From NCBI GenBank assembly GCA_040905465.1, contig JBBDRK010000069.1:14532-78531 (forward strand): 64,000 nucleotides of DNA. Reading direction: 5' to 3'. Positions 1 through 9,120 of the stretch are shown in pieces. Made by a program: the position numbers and the translations under genes. The notes beneath the pieces are model-generated. The model was not told the DNA's origin, searched no databases, and saw only the letters and a list, made by a program, of their open reading frames with translations. This DNA is from Trueperaceae bacterium (GTDB lineage: Bacteria; Deinococcota; Deinococci; Deinococcales; Trueperaceae). How positions within the stretch are numbered: the first letter of the stretch is position 1; each line of letters begins with the position of its first letter.

Positions 1-372
1 CCCCAGCGCGAGCGAACCGATCTCGAGGCATTCATTCGCGCCTGGACCCTGGCCGATACCAATTTCGCCGAGTGGTACTTCCCGTTGCGGCTGGCGCTCG
101 ACATGACCTTGCTCGACCCGGCCCTGGAGGATGTCGCGGGATTCCTTCCCAATCGGCTGGTCACGGTCCCGACGCTGTCGTTGGGAGCGGGCCGGGGGTT
201 GCTGCCGAGCCTCAACGGCATGCGAACCTACGCCAATATCCGCTACGGCTCGCCGATAACCGTTTACGTGCTGCCCGGGCTCACCCATATCGACATAATT
301 ACGGCACGAGCGAATCCGGTGGTGCCGATCCTGCAACGCTGGATCGCCTTTTTCACCAGCGCGCCGAATTAG
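1..372 (+). CDS. 3' part of an uncharacterised protein, possibly an alpha/beta-hydrolase C-terminus (5' end outside window)
   Basis: Frame 1 is open from base 1 to TAG at 370-372 (PQRERTDLEAF...LPGLTHIDII...). The late His motif is only suggestive. Confidence 0.55.
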   Translation, partial: PQRERTDLEAFIRAWTLADTNFAEWYFPLRLALDMTLLDPALEDVAGFLPNRLVTVPTLSLGAGRGLLPSLNGMRTYANIRYGSPITVYVLPGLTHIDIITARANPVVPILQRWIAFFTSAPN

Positions 373-437
373 GGCAACGCAGCGGGGACGGCCGGGCGCT
401 CGGCCGAAGCCGACGCCTTTCCCGTACACTTAGCAAC

Positions 438-1718
438 ATGCTCGACCTGCGCTACATCCGGGAGAATCCCGAGACCATCCGCCGCGCCATCCGTGCAAAG
501 CAGTTGCCCGACGCCCTGGCAAAACTCGACAAGCTCATTCTCATAGACGAGGAGTACCGCCTGCTGCGACAGGACCTCGAAGAGAAACAGGCACGGCGTA
601 ACGTCGCCAGCAAGGCCATCGGCGACCGCAAGAGGCGGGGTGAGGAGGCCGATGAGCTCATCCGCGAGATGGGCTCGCTGGCCGCCGAGGTCAAGCGCCT
701 CGAGGAGAAGAGCAAGGTACTCGGAGCCCAGGTACAGGAGCTTCAGCTCGAGATCCCCAACCTGCCGCACGAGAGCGTGCCGTACGGGGAGAGCGAACAC
801 GACAACGTGGTGGTGTTCGAACGTGGCGATGCGCCGCGTTTCGACTTCGAGCCGAAGCCGCACTGGGACCTGGCGGTGGAGCGGGGCTGGCTGGACCTGG
901 AGGCCGGGGTGAAGATCACCGGCGCCGGCTTCCCGGTATTCCGGGCAAGCGGCGCACGGCTGATTCGGGCGCTGGAGGGCTGGTTCCTCGACTGTGCCCG
1001 CGAGAGCGGCTACGAGGAGGTGATCCCACCGCTACTGGTGAACGCCCAGTCGGCCCGGGCCACGGGCCAGCTTCCCGACAAGGAGGGGCAGATGTACCGG
1101 GTAGAGGACGGCTTCTACCTGGTGCCGACTTCCGAGATCTCGCTTGCCAATCTCCACCGTGACGAGATCCTCGACGAGGAACTGCTTCCTATTCGCTACG
1201 TGGCGCTCACCCCGTGCTTCAGGCGAGAGGCCGGCTCCTACGGCAAGGAAGTGCGGGGCATCAACCGGGTCCACCAGTTCGACAAGGTGGAGGTCGTGCA
1301 GTTCGCGCGACCGGAGCGTTCTTACGATCTTCTCGAGGAGATGACCGAGATGGCCGAGAACCTTCTCGGTCGTCTGGGCTTGCGTTACCGGCGATTACTG
1401 ATGTGCACCGGCGACATGGGCTTCACCCAGGCCAAGAAGTACGATCTGGAGGTGTGGAGCGCGGGCCAGGGCCGCTGGCTCGAGGTCTCCAGCGTCTCGA
1501 ACATAACCGAGTTCCAGGCGCGCAGGCTGCAGACGCGTTTTCGTCCTGGCGGCGCGGCCGGGCAGGGTCGCCCGGAGATGGTTCACACGCTCAACGGTTC
1601 CGCTCTGGCGTTGCCGCGAACGTTTGCCGCGTTACTCGAGCACTACCAGTGCGAGGATGGAAGCGTCACGGTTCCCGAGGTACTTCGCCCGTATGTCGGG
1701 ACCGACGTGCTGAGTTGA
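438..1718 (+). CDS. serS: Serine--tRNA ligase
   Basis: MLDLRYIREN start, coiled-coil arm, FRREAGSYGKEVRGINRVHQFDKVE and HTLNGSALA motifs. ATG at 438 lies 7 nt after TACACT. Confidence 0.97.
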   Translation: MLDLRYIRENPETIRRAIRAKQLPDALAKLDKLILIDEEYRLLRQDLEEKQARRNVASKAIGDRKRRGEEADELIREMGSLAAEVKRLEEKSKVLGAQVQELQLEIPNLPHESVPYGESEHDNVVVFERGDAPRFDFEPKPHWDLAVERGWLDLEAGVKITGAGFPVFRASGARLIRALEGWFLDCARESGYEEVIPPLLVNAQSARATGQLPDKEGQMYRVEDGFYLVPTSEISLANLHRDEILDEELLPIRYVALTPCFRREAGSYGKEVRGINRVHQFDKVEVVQFARPERSYDLLEEMTEMAENLLGRLGLRYRRLLMCTGDMGFTQAKKYDLEVWSAGQGRWLEVSSVSNITEFQARRLQTRFRPGGAAGQGRPEMVHTLNGSALALPRTFAALLEHYQCEDGSVTVPEVLRPYVGTDVLS

Positions 1719-1764
1719 AGCGTGTGCCGAACCTCCGCGGTTTCCTGTGCTGAGCGGCTCGCGG

Positions 1765-2061
1765 TCAGCCGTCTTCCTCTACCGTTCGCGGCACCTTGAA
1801 AAACCCTGCCTCGGTCTCGACTCCCAGCGCCAGTGCCGTGCTTCGCGGGAGCGACTCACGCGTCTCGTCCTCGCGCAGCACATTGCTGAGCGGCACCGGG
1901 CGAACGAGTTCCTCGACGCCTTCGGTGTCGAGCCGGCTCAGCGAATCGAAGTAGGCTAGAACCGCGCCCAGGTCCTCCCGCACCGACTCCCGTTCACCGT
2001 CGTCCAGGGCGATTCGGGCCAAGGTCTCCAGATGGGCCAGTTGTTCATCGCTGATGCTCAC
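1765..2061 (-). CDS. gatC: Asp/Glu-tRNA amidotransferase subunit C
   Basis: 98 aa with HLETLARI...LDTEGVE...NVLRED...FFKVPR. GTG lies 6 nt after TAGACT. Confidence 0.93.
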   Translation of the reverse strand: MSISDEQLAHLETLARIALDDGERESVREDLGAVLAYFDSLSRLDTEGVEELVRPVPLSNVLREDETRESLPRSTALALGVETEAGFFKVPRTVEEDG

Positions 2062-2115
2062 GGAGGGAGTCTAGCACGGTCTTGCAAGGCCGCCGGCGGC
2101 CTCTCCGGGGCCGGT

Positions 2116-2850
2116 TCAGCGGTAGAAGAGCAGGCCCAGGTGGTAGAACGCGACCACCACCAGCAAAGCCGGCAGCATCGCGGCGATACGGAGCCTACGC
2201 ACCTGGAGCAGGTCGAGACCCAGCCCGACGATCATCAGACCGCCCACGCCGTTGACCAGGAGCACGCGGGGATCGCTGGCGGGTTCCGGTACCAGATTGG
2301 CGAAGAGGCCCGCACCAAGCGACAACCCTCCCTGATAGACGAGCACCGTCACGGCCGAGAAGAGCACGCCGAAGCCGAAACTGGCGGCCAGCGCCAAGGC
2401 GGCGATTCCGTCCAGCGCGGACTTCAGCAACAGGAAGCCGTTGTCGCCGGACAGCCCGTTCTGGATCGAGCCGATGAGCGTCAGCGGGCCCACGCAGAAA
2501 AGCAGGCTGGCGCTGACGAAACCCTGGGTAAAGGTGCCGTGGCCACCGAAGCGCCGCTTGAGCGCCTCCCCCAGTCGCTCGAGGGCGTCGTCCAGCCGCC
2601 ACCACTCGCCCAGCGCTCCGCCCGTGGCCAGCGCGGTGAGCCCTACGATCAGCCCGGGAGGGGTGGTTACCCGGGTCAGGTCGAGAGCGTTGATCACGCC
2701 CACCAGTACGGTCGTGAGGCCGAGCGTCTGCACCACCGTCGCCACCACCCGCTCGGGCAGCCGGTCGCGCAGCAACAGGCCGAGCGCCCCGCCCGTGAGC
2801 ACGGCGACGACATTGAAGACCGTTCCCGAGGTCTGTTCGAACGGGGTCAA
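2116..2850 (-). CDS. DUF554-family membrane protein
   Basis: GTVFNVVAV...SLLFCVGPLTLIGSIQNGL...KSALDG signature. TTG start overlaps the upstream stop. Confidence 0.85.
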   Translation of the reverse strand: MTPFEQTSGTVFNVVAVLTGGALGLLLRDRLPERVVATVVQTLGLTTVLVGVINALDLTRVTTPPGLIVGLTALATGGALGEWWRLDDALERLGEALKRRFGGHGTFTQGFVSASLLFCVGPLTLIGSIQNGLSGDNGFLLLKSALDGIAALALAASFGFGVLFSAVTVLVYQGGLSLGAGLFANLVPEPASDPRVLLVNGVGGLMIVGLGLDLLQVRRLRIAAMLPALLVVVAFYHLGLLFYR

Positions 2851-3458
2851 TCCTCTTCCGCCTGGGTGCGTCCGGTGAGTACCAGAACCGTGACCAGCAG
2901 ACCAGCCAGCAGCGGCAGGCCGACCAGCCAAACCAGCCACGTTCCCAGCCCCCCCTCGCCCGACGGCGGCAACAGCAGCTGCAGATCCACGGCGCTGCTT
3001 CCGCCCACGCCCAGGTTTCCGGCGGCGCTCGACTCGCTTTCGCCATCGACGACCTCGACGAGCGTTAGTCGGTAGACACCTTGTGGCCGCGCCGCTATCC
3101 GGCCACGGTACTCGCCGGAACCGGGCTCGGCGATCAGAGGCTCCGCCAGCGCGAGCGCCCGGTCAGGGAGCGTTCCGTCCTCGGCCTGCTCGTCGACCGC
3201 CGTTTCCGCGTCATCGTCGACCTGGGCCACGAGATTCACGTCGCTGACCTCTCGATGCGAAGAGTCCGTCAGATGGACGCGCAGCTCGAATGCTTCGCCG
3301 GCAACGGGCATGGCGGGTCGCGTGGTGACATGGGCGAACAGCAACGACTGATGCGCCGAGGCGAAGCAGAGCAGCGTCGAGGCGGCGAGCCAACCGAAGA
3401 CCGGTTGGAACGGGCGATGCCTGCCTGGAGGTCGATCGAGTGACAGTTTCATGCTCAA
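2847..3458 (-). CDS. Exported protein with C-terminal membrane anchor (YtkA/FixH-like Ig-type domain, tentative)
   Basis: Signal-like segment, beta-rich core (EPGSGEYRG...GVYRLTL) and C-terminal TM helix; coupled to both neighbours. Confidence 0.6.
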   Translation of the reverse strand: MSMKLSLDRPPGRHRPFQPVFGWLAASTLLCFASAHQSLLFAHVTTRPAMPVAGEAFELRVHLTDSSHREVSDVNLVAQVDDDAETAVDEQAEDGTLPDRALALAEPLIAEPGSGEYRGRIAARPQGVYRLTLVEVVDGESESSAAGNLGVGGSSAVDLQLLLPPSGEGGLGTWLVWLVGLPLLAGLLVTVLVLTGRTQAEED

Positions 3459-4180
3459 TCAGCCCCTTCTTCCACCAGCCGCCATAGCCACTCCCGGGCG
3501 GTTAGTCCGCTCGACCGAATTTCCGCGGCCGCGTCGCGGCCGAACCAACGGTAGTGCCAGGGCTCATAGGCGTAGCAGGTGACCGCCTCGCGGCCTCGGG
3601 GATAGCTCATGACGAAGCCGAAGCGCCAGGCGTTGGCCTGCAACCAGGTTCCCTCGGGCGTCTCCGCCCAGTCGGCCAGGCCCCACGGAGCAGGGCCGCC
3701 TCGGGTGCGCAGGTCGATTGCGGTGCCGAGCTGGTGCTCGGAATGGCCGGGGCGCGCGCTCGTCAACAGGGCCTGCTCGCGACCCTGGGCCCGGACCCAG
3801 CCGCTGAACACCTGCTCCTGGTACTCGAACGACCGGTAGGCGCTCTGTAGCTCGAAGAGCACACCGGCCCGCCCGGCCGCCGACAGGAGCTCGGCGAGGT
3901 CCGCCACTGCCGGGGCCCTGAGGGTGCGGTCGTCGGCGAGGCCGGCTTGCCGTACCGATACCAGGTCGGCGGGCACGAACTCCTCAGGAAGGCGGAACCT
4001 GGTGTCGACGAGGGCGAAACGCCATTGATCCCCGGCACTTACCGGTGTCGGCTGGTCGGCATAGACGCACGCCGGAGGCGCGGCCGCCGTCGCCGGGTGG
4101 GCCAGCACGCCCAGGCAGACGGACCCGAGGGCCCAGTGGCCGATGGTGCCGAACAGGGGCGGACGCAGGCGCAAGCGCAT
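3455..4180 (-). CDS. M15-family D-Ala-D-Ala carboxypeptidase (VanY-like)
   Basis: SAYRS, SARPGHSEHQLGTAID and YEPWHYRW motifs; signal peptide; ATG 7 nt after TACTGT. Confidence 0.9.
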   Translation of the reverse strand: MRLRLRPPLFGTIGHWALGSVCLGVLAHPATAAAPPACVYADQPTPVSAGDQWRFALVDTRFRLPEEFVPADLVSVRQAGLADDRTLRAPAVADLAELLSAAGRAGVLFELQSAYRSFEYQEQVFSGWVRAQGREQALLTSARPGHSEHQLGTAIDLRTRGGPAPWGLADWAETPEGTWLQANAWRFGFVMSYPRGREAVTCYAYEPWHYRWFGRDAAAEIRSSGLTAREWLWRLVEEGAD

Positions 4181-4296
4181 GGCAGCCACAGTACCGCAAC
4201 CTGCTCGCATCGGATCGCTCGGGCCGGCTCCGCCGTGGCCGGCGACCGGGCATGTTGCCGCGCCGGCAGGCCGGTCGCGCCCATGAGCCGGCCACG

Positions 4297-4884
4297 TCAG
4301 CCGGCGGCGTCCGAGGGTGTCAGGACAGACTCGTGCAGGACGACATGACTGGCACCTTTCGGGCTCAACTGGCTGTGAAAGAGCTGCACCGAGTCGACCG
4401 GCCAGGAAACCGGCTCGACCGGCCGCTCACCGCTCAGCAGGGCGGCCATGCGCGTGCGGCCTTCCTGGCCGATCCGGCGGACTCGGCCGAGTGTCAAGTG
4501 GGGCCTGAAGGCGACTTCCGATGGCGGCGTGCCGGTTCGCTGGAGAGCGCGCTCGAGCTGCGCTTGCAGGTGCCCCAGCTCTTCGGTCTCACCGGTTACC
4601 CCCAGCCACAGCACGGCCGGTCTGGCGGGACCGGGGAACACTCCGAAGCCGCCGGTGCGCAACATGAACTGCCGCGTGCCGCGAGCGGCGGAGTCGACTG
4701 CGAAGCGCCAGTTCGCCAGCCCTCGTTCCGGGACGTCCCCCAGGAATCTCAGGGTCAGATGGCTTCGCGCGAGTTCCTGCCAGCGGACATCTGCATCGGT
4801 CAGCTCGTCCGCCAGCGTTTCCTGTGCCGCCCTCAGGACCGCGCGGACTTCGTGTGGGATCGCCAACGCCACGAACAGCCGCAC
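4297..4884 (-). CDS. thpR: RNA 2',3'-cyclic phosphodiesterase (2H family)
   Basis: MRLFVAL start and two HLTL motifs. Confidence 0.92.
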   Translation of the reverse strand: MRLFVALAIPHEVRAVLRAAQETLADELTDADVRWQELARSHLTLRFLGDVPERGLANWRFAVDSAARGTRQFMLRTGGFGVFPGPARPAVLWLGVTGETEELGHLQAQLERALQRTGTPPSEVAFRPHLTLGRVRRIGQEGRTRMAALLSGERPVEPVSWPVDSVQLFHSQLSPKGASHVVLHESVLTPSDAAG

Positions 4885-4886
4885 GC

Positions 4887-5660
4887 TCAGTGGCCGCCCA
4901 GCCGGCCCCGCTGCTCGAGGAACGCCGTTATGCCCTCCTCGAGCAGTGCCGCTACCCGGTCGGGGCGCCGCAGCAGTTCTCTGTCCGATGGGTGACTCAG
5001 GTAGCCGATCTCCACGATAGCCGCCGGTGTCCTCCTGGCCACGCTATGGCGAAAGCTCCCGTTGAAGGCGTAGTACTCCAGCATGTCGCCGGTGACGTTC
5101 GCGTCGTCGTCCGGAAGCGACGAGCCGGCCAGGTAAGCACTGTCCAGAGCTCTCTTCAGCCGCTCGTCCCAGCGGTTGCGCACCGGCCGGAATACAGCGC
5201 TCTTGTAGCCGCGCCGGCCTGGTTCGAGACTGCTGTCGGCGTGGATCGCCACCACCAGCTCGGCTCGGTAGCGCGGCGGAACGGTTGCCGGCAGCAGGTC
5301 GACGGCGATTCCACGCCTCTCGAGTCTTTCCGCCAGTGCGGCGGCGACTGCCCGGTTGACGTCGACCTCCTGCATGCCGCCACCCAAGCCGCCGGTGGAG
5401 ACTCGCAGTCGAGCCAACTCCTCGGGATGCGCCTCGGCATCGAGATGACCGACCTGCAGTCCGATGCGGGGAGGTCCGAGGACCAGGTTTCGGAGGCGCT
5501 GGAACCCATTGCCCGCCGCCTGTCCGGTGCTCTCGGCCAGCGATTCGGTCCGAGTGGGGTGGTTCAGCGCAAGCAGCACGGTGCCGGCGATCAGCAGGAG
5601 CGCCAAAAGCAGTATTCGGCGCGTTACCGAGCCGGAACGCGTGGCCCTGGAAGCTTGCAT
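4887..5660 (-). CDS. N-acetylmuramoyl-L-alanine amidase (Amidase_3-like)
   Basis: N-terminal TM helix; zinc-site motifs LQVGH, QEVDVN, AIHAD, IVEIGY. Confidence 0.85.
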   Translation of the reverse strand: MQASRATRSGSVTRRILLLALLLIAGTVLLALNHPTRTESLAESTGQAAGNGFQRLRNLVLGPPRIGLQVGHLDAEAHPEELARLRVSTGGLGGGMQEVDVNRAVAAALAERLERRGIAVDLLPATVPPRYRAELVVAIHADSSLEPGRRGYKSAVFRPVRNRWDERLKRALDSAYLAGSSLPDDDANVTGDMLEYYAFNGSFRHSVARRTPAAIVEIGYLSHPSDRELLRRPDRVAALLEEGITAFLEQRGRLGGH

Positions 5661-5688
5661 GACAAGAGCTTACCGAAAGCCGGGGCTG

Positions 5689-6327
5689 TCAGATTCGTTC
5701 GTTGGTGAGCCAGAAGACGATGTGCTCGTTTACGTTCTCGATATGGTCGCCGAGACGCTCGAGATAGCGGCCGACGGCGAGTAGCCTGGTGGCGCTGTCG
5801 ATCTTGCTGGGGTCTTCGATCATGTAGCTCAGCAGTTCGCGTTGGATCTGCTCGTAAAGGTCATCTATCTCGTTGTCCATCGCCAGCGCACGTCGCGCGG
5901 CGTCCGCGTCCGACTCGGTCAGGGACCGGATCGTGACCTCGAGCATCGATCCCAGGATCGTGAGGATGCGGTCCATGTCCAGGTATTTCTTCATGGGCGG
6001 TTGGCCGGAGAGCACCAGTGCCGCTCGGGCCACATGCACGGCGTAGTCGCCAGCGCGCTCGATGTCCGCCAGTGCCCGGTGCATCGCACCCAGGAAGCGG
6101 AGGTCCCGCGCTGCCGGCTGCCGGCGCGCGATGACCGTAAGTATTCTCCGTTCGAGCGTCTCCTGCAGCCGGTCTATCCGCTCGTCCGTCTCGATGCAGC
6201 GCTCGCCGGCCGTGGTGTCGGCATCGATAAGCGCGGATCTGGCCAGCTCGCACTCCTCGCGCACGAGACTGAGCATGCGTACGGCCTCGGCGGCGATCTC
6301 CTGGAGATCCTGGTCCAGAGCGGTCAT
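5689..6327 (-). CDS. phoU: Phosphate signalling protein PhoU
   Basis: Two PhoU repeats (RQPAARDLR...DIERAGDYA; DNEIDDLY...YLERLGDH). Confidence 0.93.
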   Translation of the reverse strand: MTALDQDLQEIAAEAVRMLSLVREECELARSALIDADTTAGERCIETDERIDRLQETLERRILTVIARRQPAARDLRFLGAMHRALADIERAGDYAVHVARAALVLSGQPPMKKYLDMDRILTILGSMLEVTIRSLTESDADAARRALAMDNEIDDLYEQIQRELLSYMIEDPSKIDSATRLLAVGRYLERLGDHIENVNEHIVFWLTNERI

Positions 6328-6426
6328 ACAGGGGGAGAGTAGCACACGCTCGAGAAGGTGCCGACGCCGGTCGTCGGTCTAAAATAGGCCCCGTGGGCGC
6401 GATGCGCCCGGTCTGGAGGAGTTCTC

Positions 6427-7086
6427 ATGTCGGCTGTCATCCTCGTGGTCGAGGACGAGCCCGCGGTGCGGGAATTGGTCACGTTCCACCTCGAGCGCGG
6501 CGGGTTCACGGTTCGCGCGGCCGAGGATGCCGAGCAGGCCTGGCCGCTGCTCGCCGACAGCGACCTGCTGGTTCTGGACCGCATGCTGCCCGGCGCATCG
6601 GGCGAAGAGCTGCTGCGTCGCCTGCGCCGGGCCGACGGCTCGCGCCTGCCGGTGCTGATGCTGACTGCCCGCGGAACTGAACTCGACCGGGTCGAGGGGT
6701 TGGAAGCAGGCGCCGACGACTATCTGGTAAAGCCGTTCAGCGCCGCCGAGCTGGTGGCCAGGGTCCGGGCGCTGCTGCGCCGCACAGCGCCGGTGAGGTC
6801 ACACACGGTCGGCGAGCTCACTGTCGACGAGTCGAGCGGTACGGCGCGCCTGGCGGGCAATCCCGTTCCGCTCACCCGCCGTGAGTTCGAGCTGCTGGCC
6901 TTCCTCATCGCCAGCCGCGGCCGCATCTACAGCCGCCGTGAACTGCTCGACCGGGTTTGGGGCGAGGAGTTCCTGGGGACCGAGCGGACCGTCGACCAGC
7001 ATGTGGCCCAACTCCGCTCCCGTCTGGGAAACGAGTTGATCGAGACCGTGCGCGGGCGGGGATACCGGTTGGCCGGTGGCGAGTAG
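6427..7086 (+). CDS. phoB: OmpR/PhoB-family response regulator (PhoB-like)
   Basis: Receiver domain plus winged helix (ERTVDQHVAQLR, ETVRGRGY); SD GGAGGAG; divergent from phoU. Confidence 0.8.
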   Translation: MSAVILVVEDEPAVRELVTFHLERGGFTVRAAEDAEQAWPLLADSDLLVLDRMLPGASGEELLRRLRRADGSRLPVLMLTARGTELDRVEGLEAGADDYLVKPFSAAELVARVRALLRRTAPVRSHTVGELTVDESSGTARLAGNPVPLTRREFELLAFLIASRGRIYSRRELLDRVWGEEFLGTERTVDQHVAQLRSRLGNELIETVRGRGYRLAGGE

Positions 7087-8164
7087 TCCGGTCGGCTGGG
7101 CCGACGCCCTGAACGAGGGCGTGGTGCTGGTGTCCGGGTCGACCGTGCGCTGGCTCAACCGGCGGGCGGCCGAGCTGTTGGACGTCGACCGCGAGCGGGC
7201 GCCGGGTTCGCCGCTCATCGCGGTGTTGCGGGACCACCGGCTCGAGCGCGTGGCACTGGTCGGCGGGGCGCCGGTCGAGGTGATTACCGGCGGCCGTACC
7301 CTGGCGGCAAGGGCGATTGCGGACGGACTGCTGCTCACCGACGTCAGCGAGATCCGGCGCGCCCGCGAGAGCGCGAGAGCCCTCCTGGCGGTCCTGTCGC
7401 ACGAACTGCGCACGCCGGCCACAACCATTCGTTCGGCGCTGGAAGCGCTCCATTTCGATCTGGGCGACGAGCAACGGGCGCGCTTCCTGGCACACGCCGA
7501 GGACGAGTGCGACCGGCTGGGCCGCTTGATCGAGGACCTCACGGTGGACAGCGCGCCCCCGCGGCAACGGCGTCTGGAGCTGCCGTCACTGGTGGAGCGG
7601 GCCGCCCGAATTCTAGCTTCCCGCCTCCAGGAGCGGGAGGTGCGGCTGCGAAGCGAGGTGCCGGCGTTGCTGGTATGGGCCGATGAGGACAAGCTGTTGC
7701 AGGTCCTGCTCAATCTGCTCGAGAACGCCGCGGTTCACGGTCCGGCCAATTCCGAGGTGGTCGTTCAGGCGCGGCTCGACAACGAAGCGGAGCCCGCTCG
7801 CCTGCTCGTGCGGCAGGAGGACGGCCTCGGCCAGGGCGGCGCCAGGAACAGCGTCATGAACGGCGTCATGAACGGCGTCATGAACAGCGGAGCAACGGTG
7901 GTGGTTCGGGTGGTCGACCGAGGGAGGCCGCTCGCGGAAGGCGCCTTTTGCGAGCTGTTCGAGCCGCACGCTCGCGGACGCCGTACCGGTAACAGAGACG
8001 GTAGCGACACGAACGGCAGCGGCGGCACCGCCTCCGGCAGGGGCAGCGGCATGGGACTCTATATCGTGAGGTCGATCGTGGAGCGCTGGGGCGGCACTGC
8101 CTGGGGCCGACCGCTGGCGGACGGCAACGAGTTCGGCTTCACCGTGCCATCGTCTTCGACTTAG
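7076..8164 (+). CDS. phoR: Histidine kinase (PhoR-like, no TM helix)
   Basis: H-box SHELRTP, N-box NLLENA, G-boxes DRGRP and GSGMGL; overlaps the regulator gene. Confidence 0.75.
   Translation: MASSPVGWADALNEGVVLVSGSTVRWLNRRAAELLDVDRERAPGSPLIAVLRDHRLERVALVGGAPVEVITGGRTLAARAIADGLLLTDVSEIRRARESARALLAVLSHELRTPATTIRSALEALHFDLGDEQRARFLAHAEDECDRLGRLIEDLTVDSAPPRQRRLELPSLVERAARILASRLQEREVRLRSEVPALLVWADEDKLLQVLLNLLENAAVHGPANSEVVVQARLDNEAEPARLLVRQEDGLGQGGARNSVMNGVMNGVMNSGATVVVRVVDRGRPLAEGAFCELFEPHARGRRTGNRDGSDTNGSGGTASGRGSGMGLYIVRSIVERWGGTAWGRPLADGNEFGFTVPSSST
7851..7886 (+). repeat. 3 x 12-bp in-frame tandem repeat (GCGTCATGAACG; VMNG) in the kinase ATPase domain
   Basis: Read directly from sequence. 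Confidence 0.9.
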
Positions 8165-8177
8165 CGGAAGAAAGGGT

Positions 8178-8975
8178 CTAGCCGCCGGAGCGCTGTCTCG
8201 ACCGCCGTCTTCGCCGCGGCCCGAGCGGCACGTCCGGAATCTCGGAGTGTCCCAGTTCGCGACGGCGTGCGCTGCGCCGTGCCGTCAGTGGTCCTATCAC
8301 GACGTTGTCGTCGCCTTCCGCGAGATAGATGTTGCTGTCCGGGAAGAGTCTTCGGTAGCCGTTGGGGGTGATCATCACCAGCAGGAATGCGGACGCCAGA
8401 ACGCCCATCCAGGGTGCCGAGTGAGTGGCGAGCAGATTTGCCGCTTCCAGGTTTCCGAATTGCCACTGCCTGAGGGCGAGACCGGCCGTTGCCCATGCGA
8501 GCGTGTAGGCGATGACGGCGTTTACCGGCCCGGCCCAGCGGTGCTCGCGGGGCGAGGGGTAGATGGCCAGCCAGCCGACCAGGGCCAGCTCGAGCCCGAG
8601 CACGGCTTCGCGGGCGGCCGGCAGCGCGCCTTGGGCGCCGAACGAGGCGAAGAGGGCGGCGACCACCAGTCCCGGCGTGGGACCGTAAGCCATCGCTGCA
8701 AGCACCAGCGGAAATCGCTCGATTCCGGCCATGGGCGGAACCGGTTGGTTCGGAGAGATGGTGAGGTCGCCGTAGACCAGCAGCCGCAGCAGCACAGCGG
8801 CAGCCACGCATAGTGCGCAAGCCAAGGCCGGTCGCGGATTGGCGAGCGCGGCCAGGTCCAGGCGGGTGAGCCCGGCGGTCACGCTAACGGCGGCCAGGAA
8901 CAGGGCGGCCAGGAGGCTGTAGCCGAGAATGGGATCGACGACGAACAGGCCGATCAGGGGGTCCAGGTCCGGCAT
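8178..8975 (-). CDS. Integral membrane protein, ECF S-component-like (tentative)
   Basis: About 7 hydrophobic segments, PLVLAAMAYGPTPGLVVAALF motif, basic C-tail; ATG 6 nt after TACACT. Confidence 0.6.
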   Translation of the reverse strand: MPDLDPLIGLFVVDPILGYSLLAALFLAAVSVTAGLTRLDLAALANPRPALACALCVAAAVLLRLLVYGDLTISPNQPVPPMAGIERFPLVLAAMAYGPTPGLVVAALFASFGAQGALPAAREAVLGLELALVGWLAIYPSPREHRWAGPVNAVIAYTLAWATAGLALRQWQFGNLEAANLLATHSAPWMGVLASAFLLVMITPNGYRRLFPDSNIYLAEGDDNVVIGPLTARRSARRRELGHSEIPDVPLGPRRRRRSRQRSGG

Positions 8976-9079
8976 CCGCCGAGTGTAGCACTAGCACCAA
9001 TTCGCCAAGTATGCCTTTCTGCTCTCCGGGCGGCTGAAAGGAGCCGCAATTTCCCACACTCTCGGCAATACTCATCTTG

Positions 9080-9095
9080 ATGACATTCGTGTCAT
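9080..9095. promoter_or_regulatory. Palindrome ATGACA-ttcg-TGTCAT, candidate operator at the patatin promoter
   Basis: Perfect 6-bp arms, 11 nt upstream of TATACT (9107-9112). Confidence 0.45.
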
Positions 9096-9120
9096 ATTTG
9101 AGCCCCTATACTTGAAGGCC

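Noticed and set aside
72-437. 122-aa N-terminal extension of SerS in the ORF track
   Set aside because: Overlaps the upstream gene in another frame; SerS similarity and the -10 box point to ATG 438.
1765-2061. gatC without gatA/gatB as a sign of a broken system
   Set aside because: Dispersed gat genes are common; the partners can lie outside the window.
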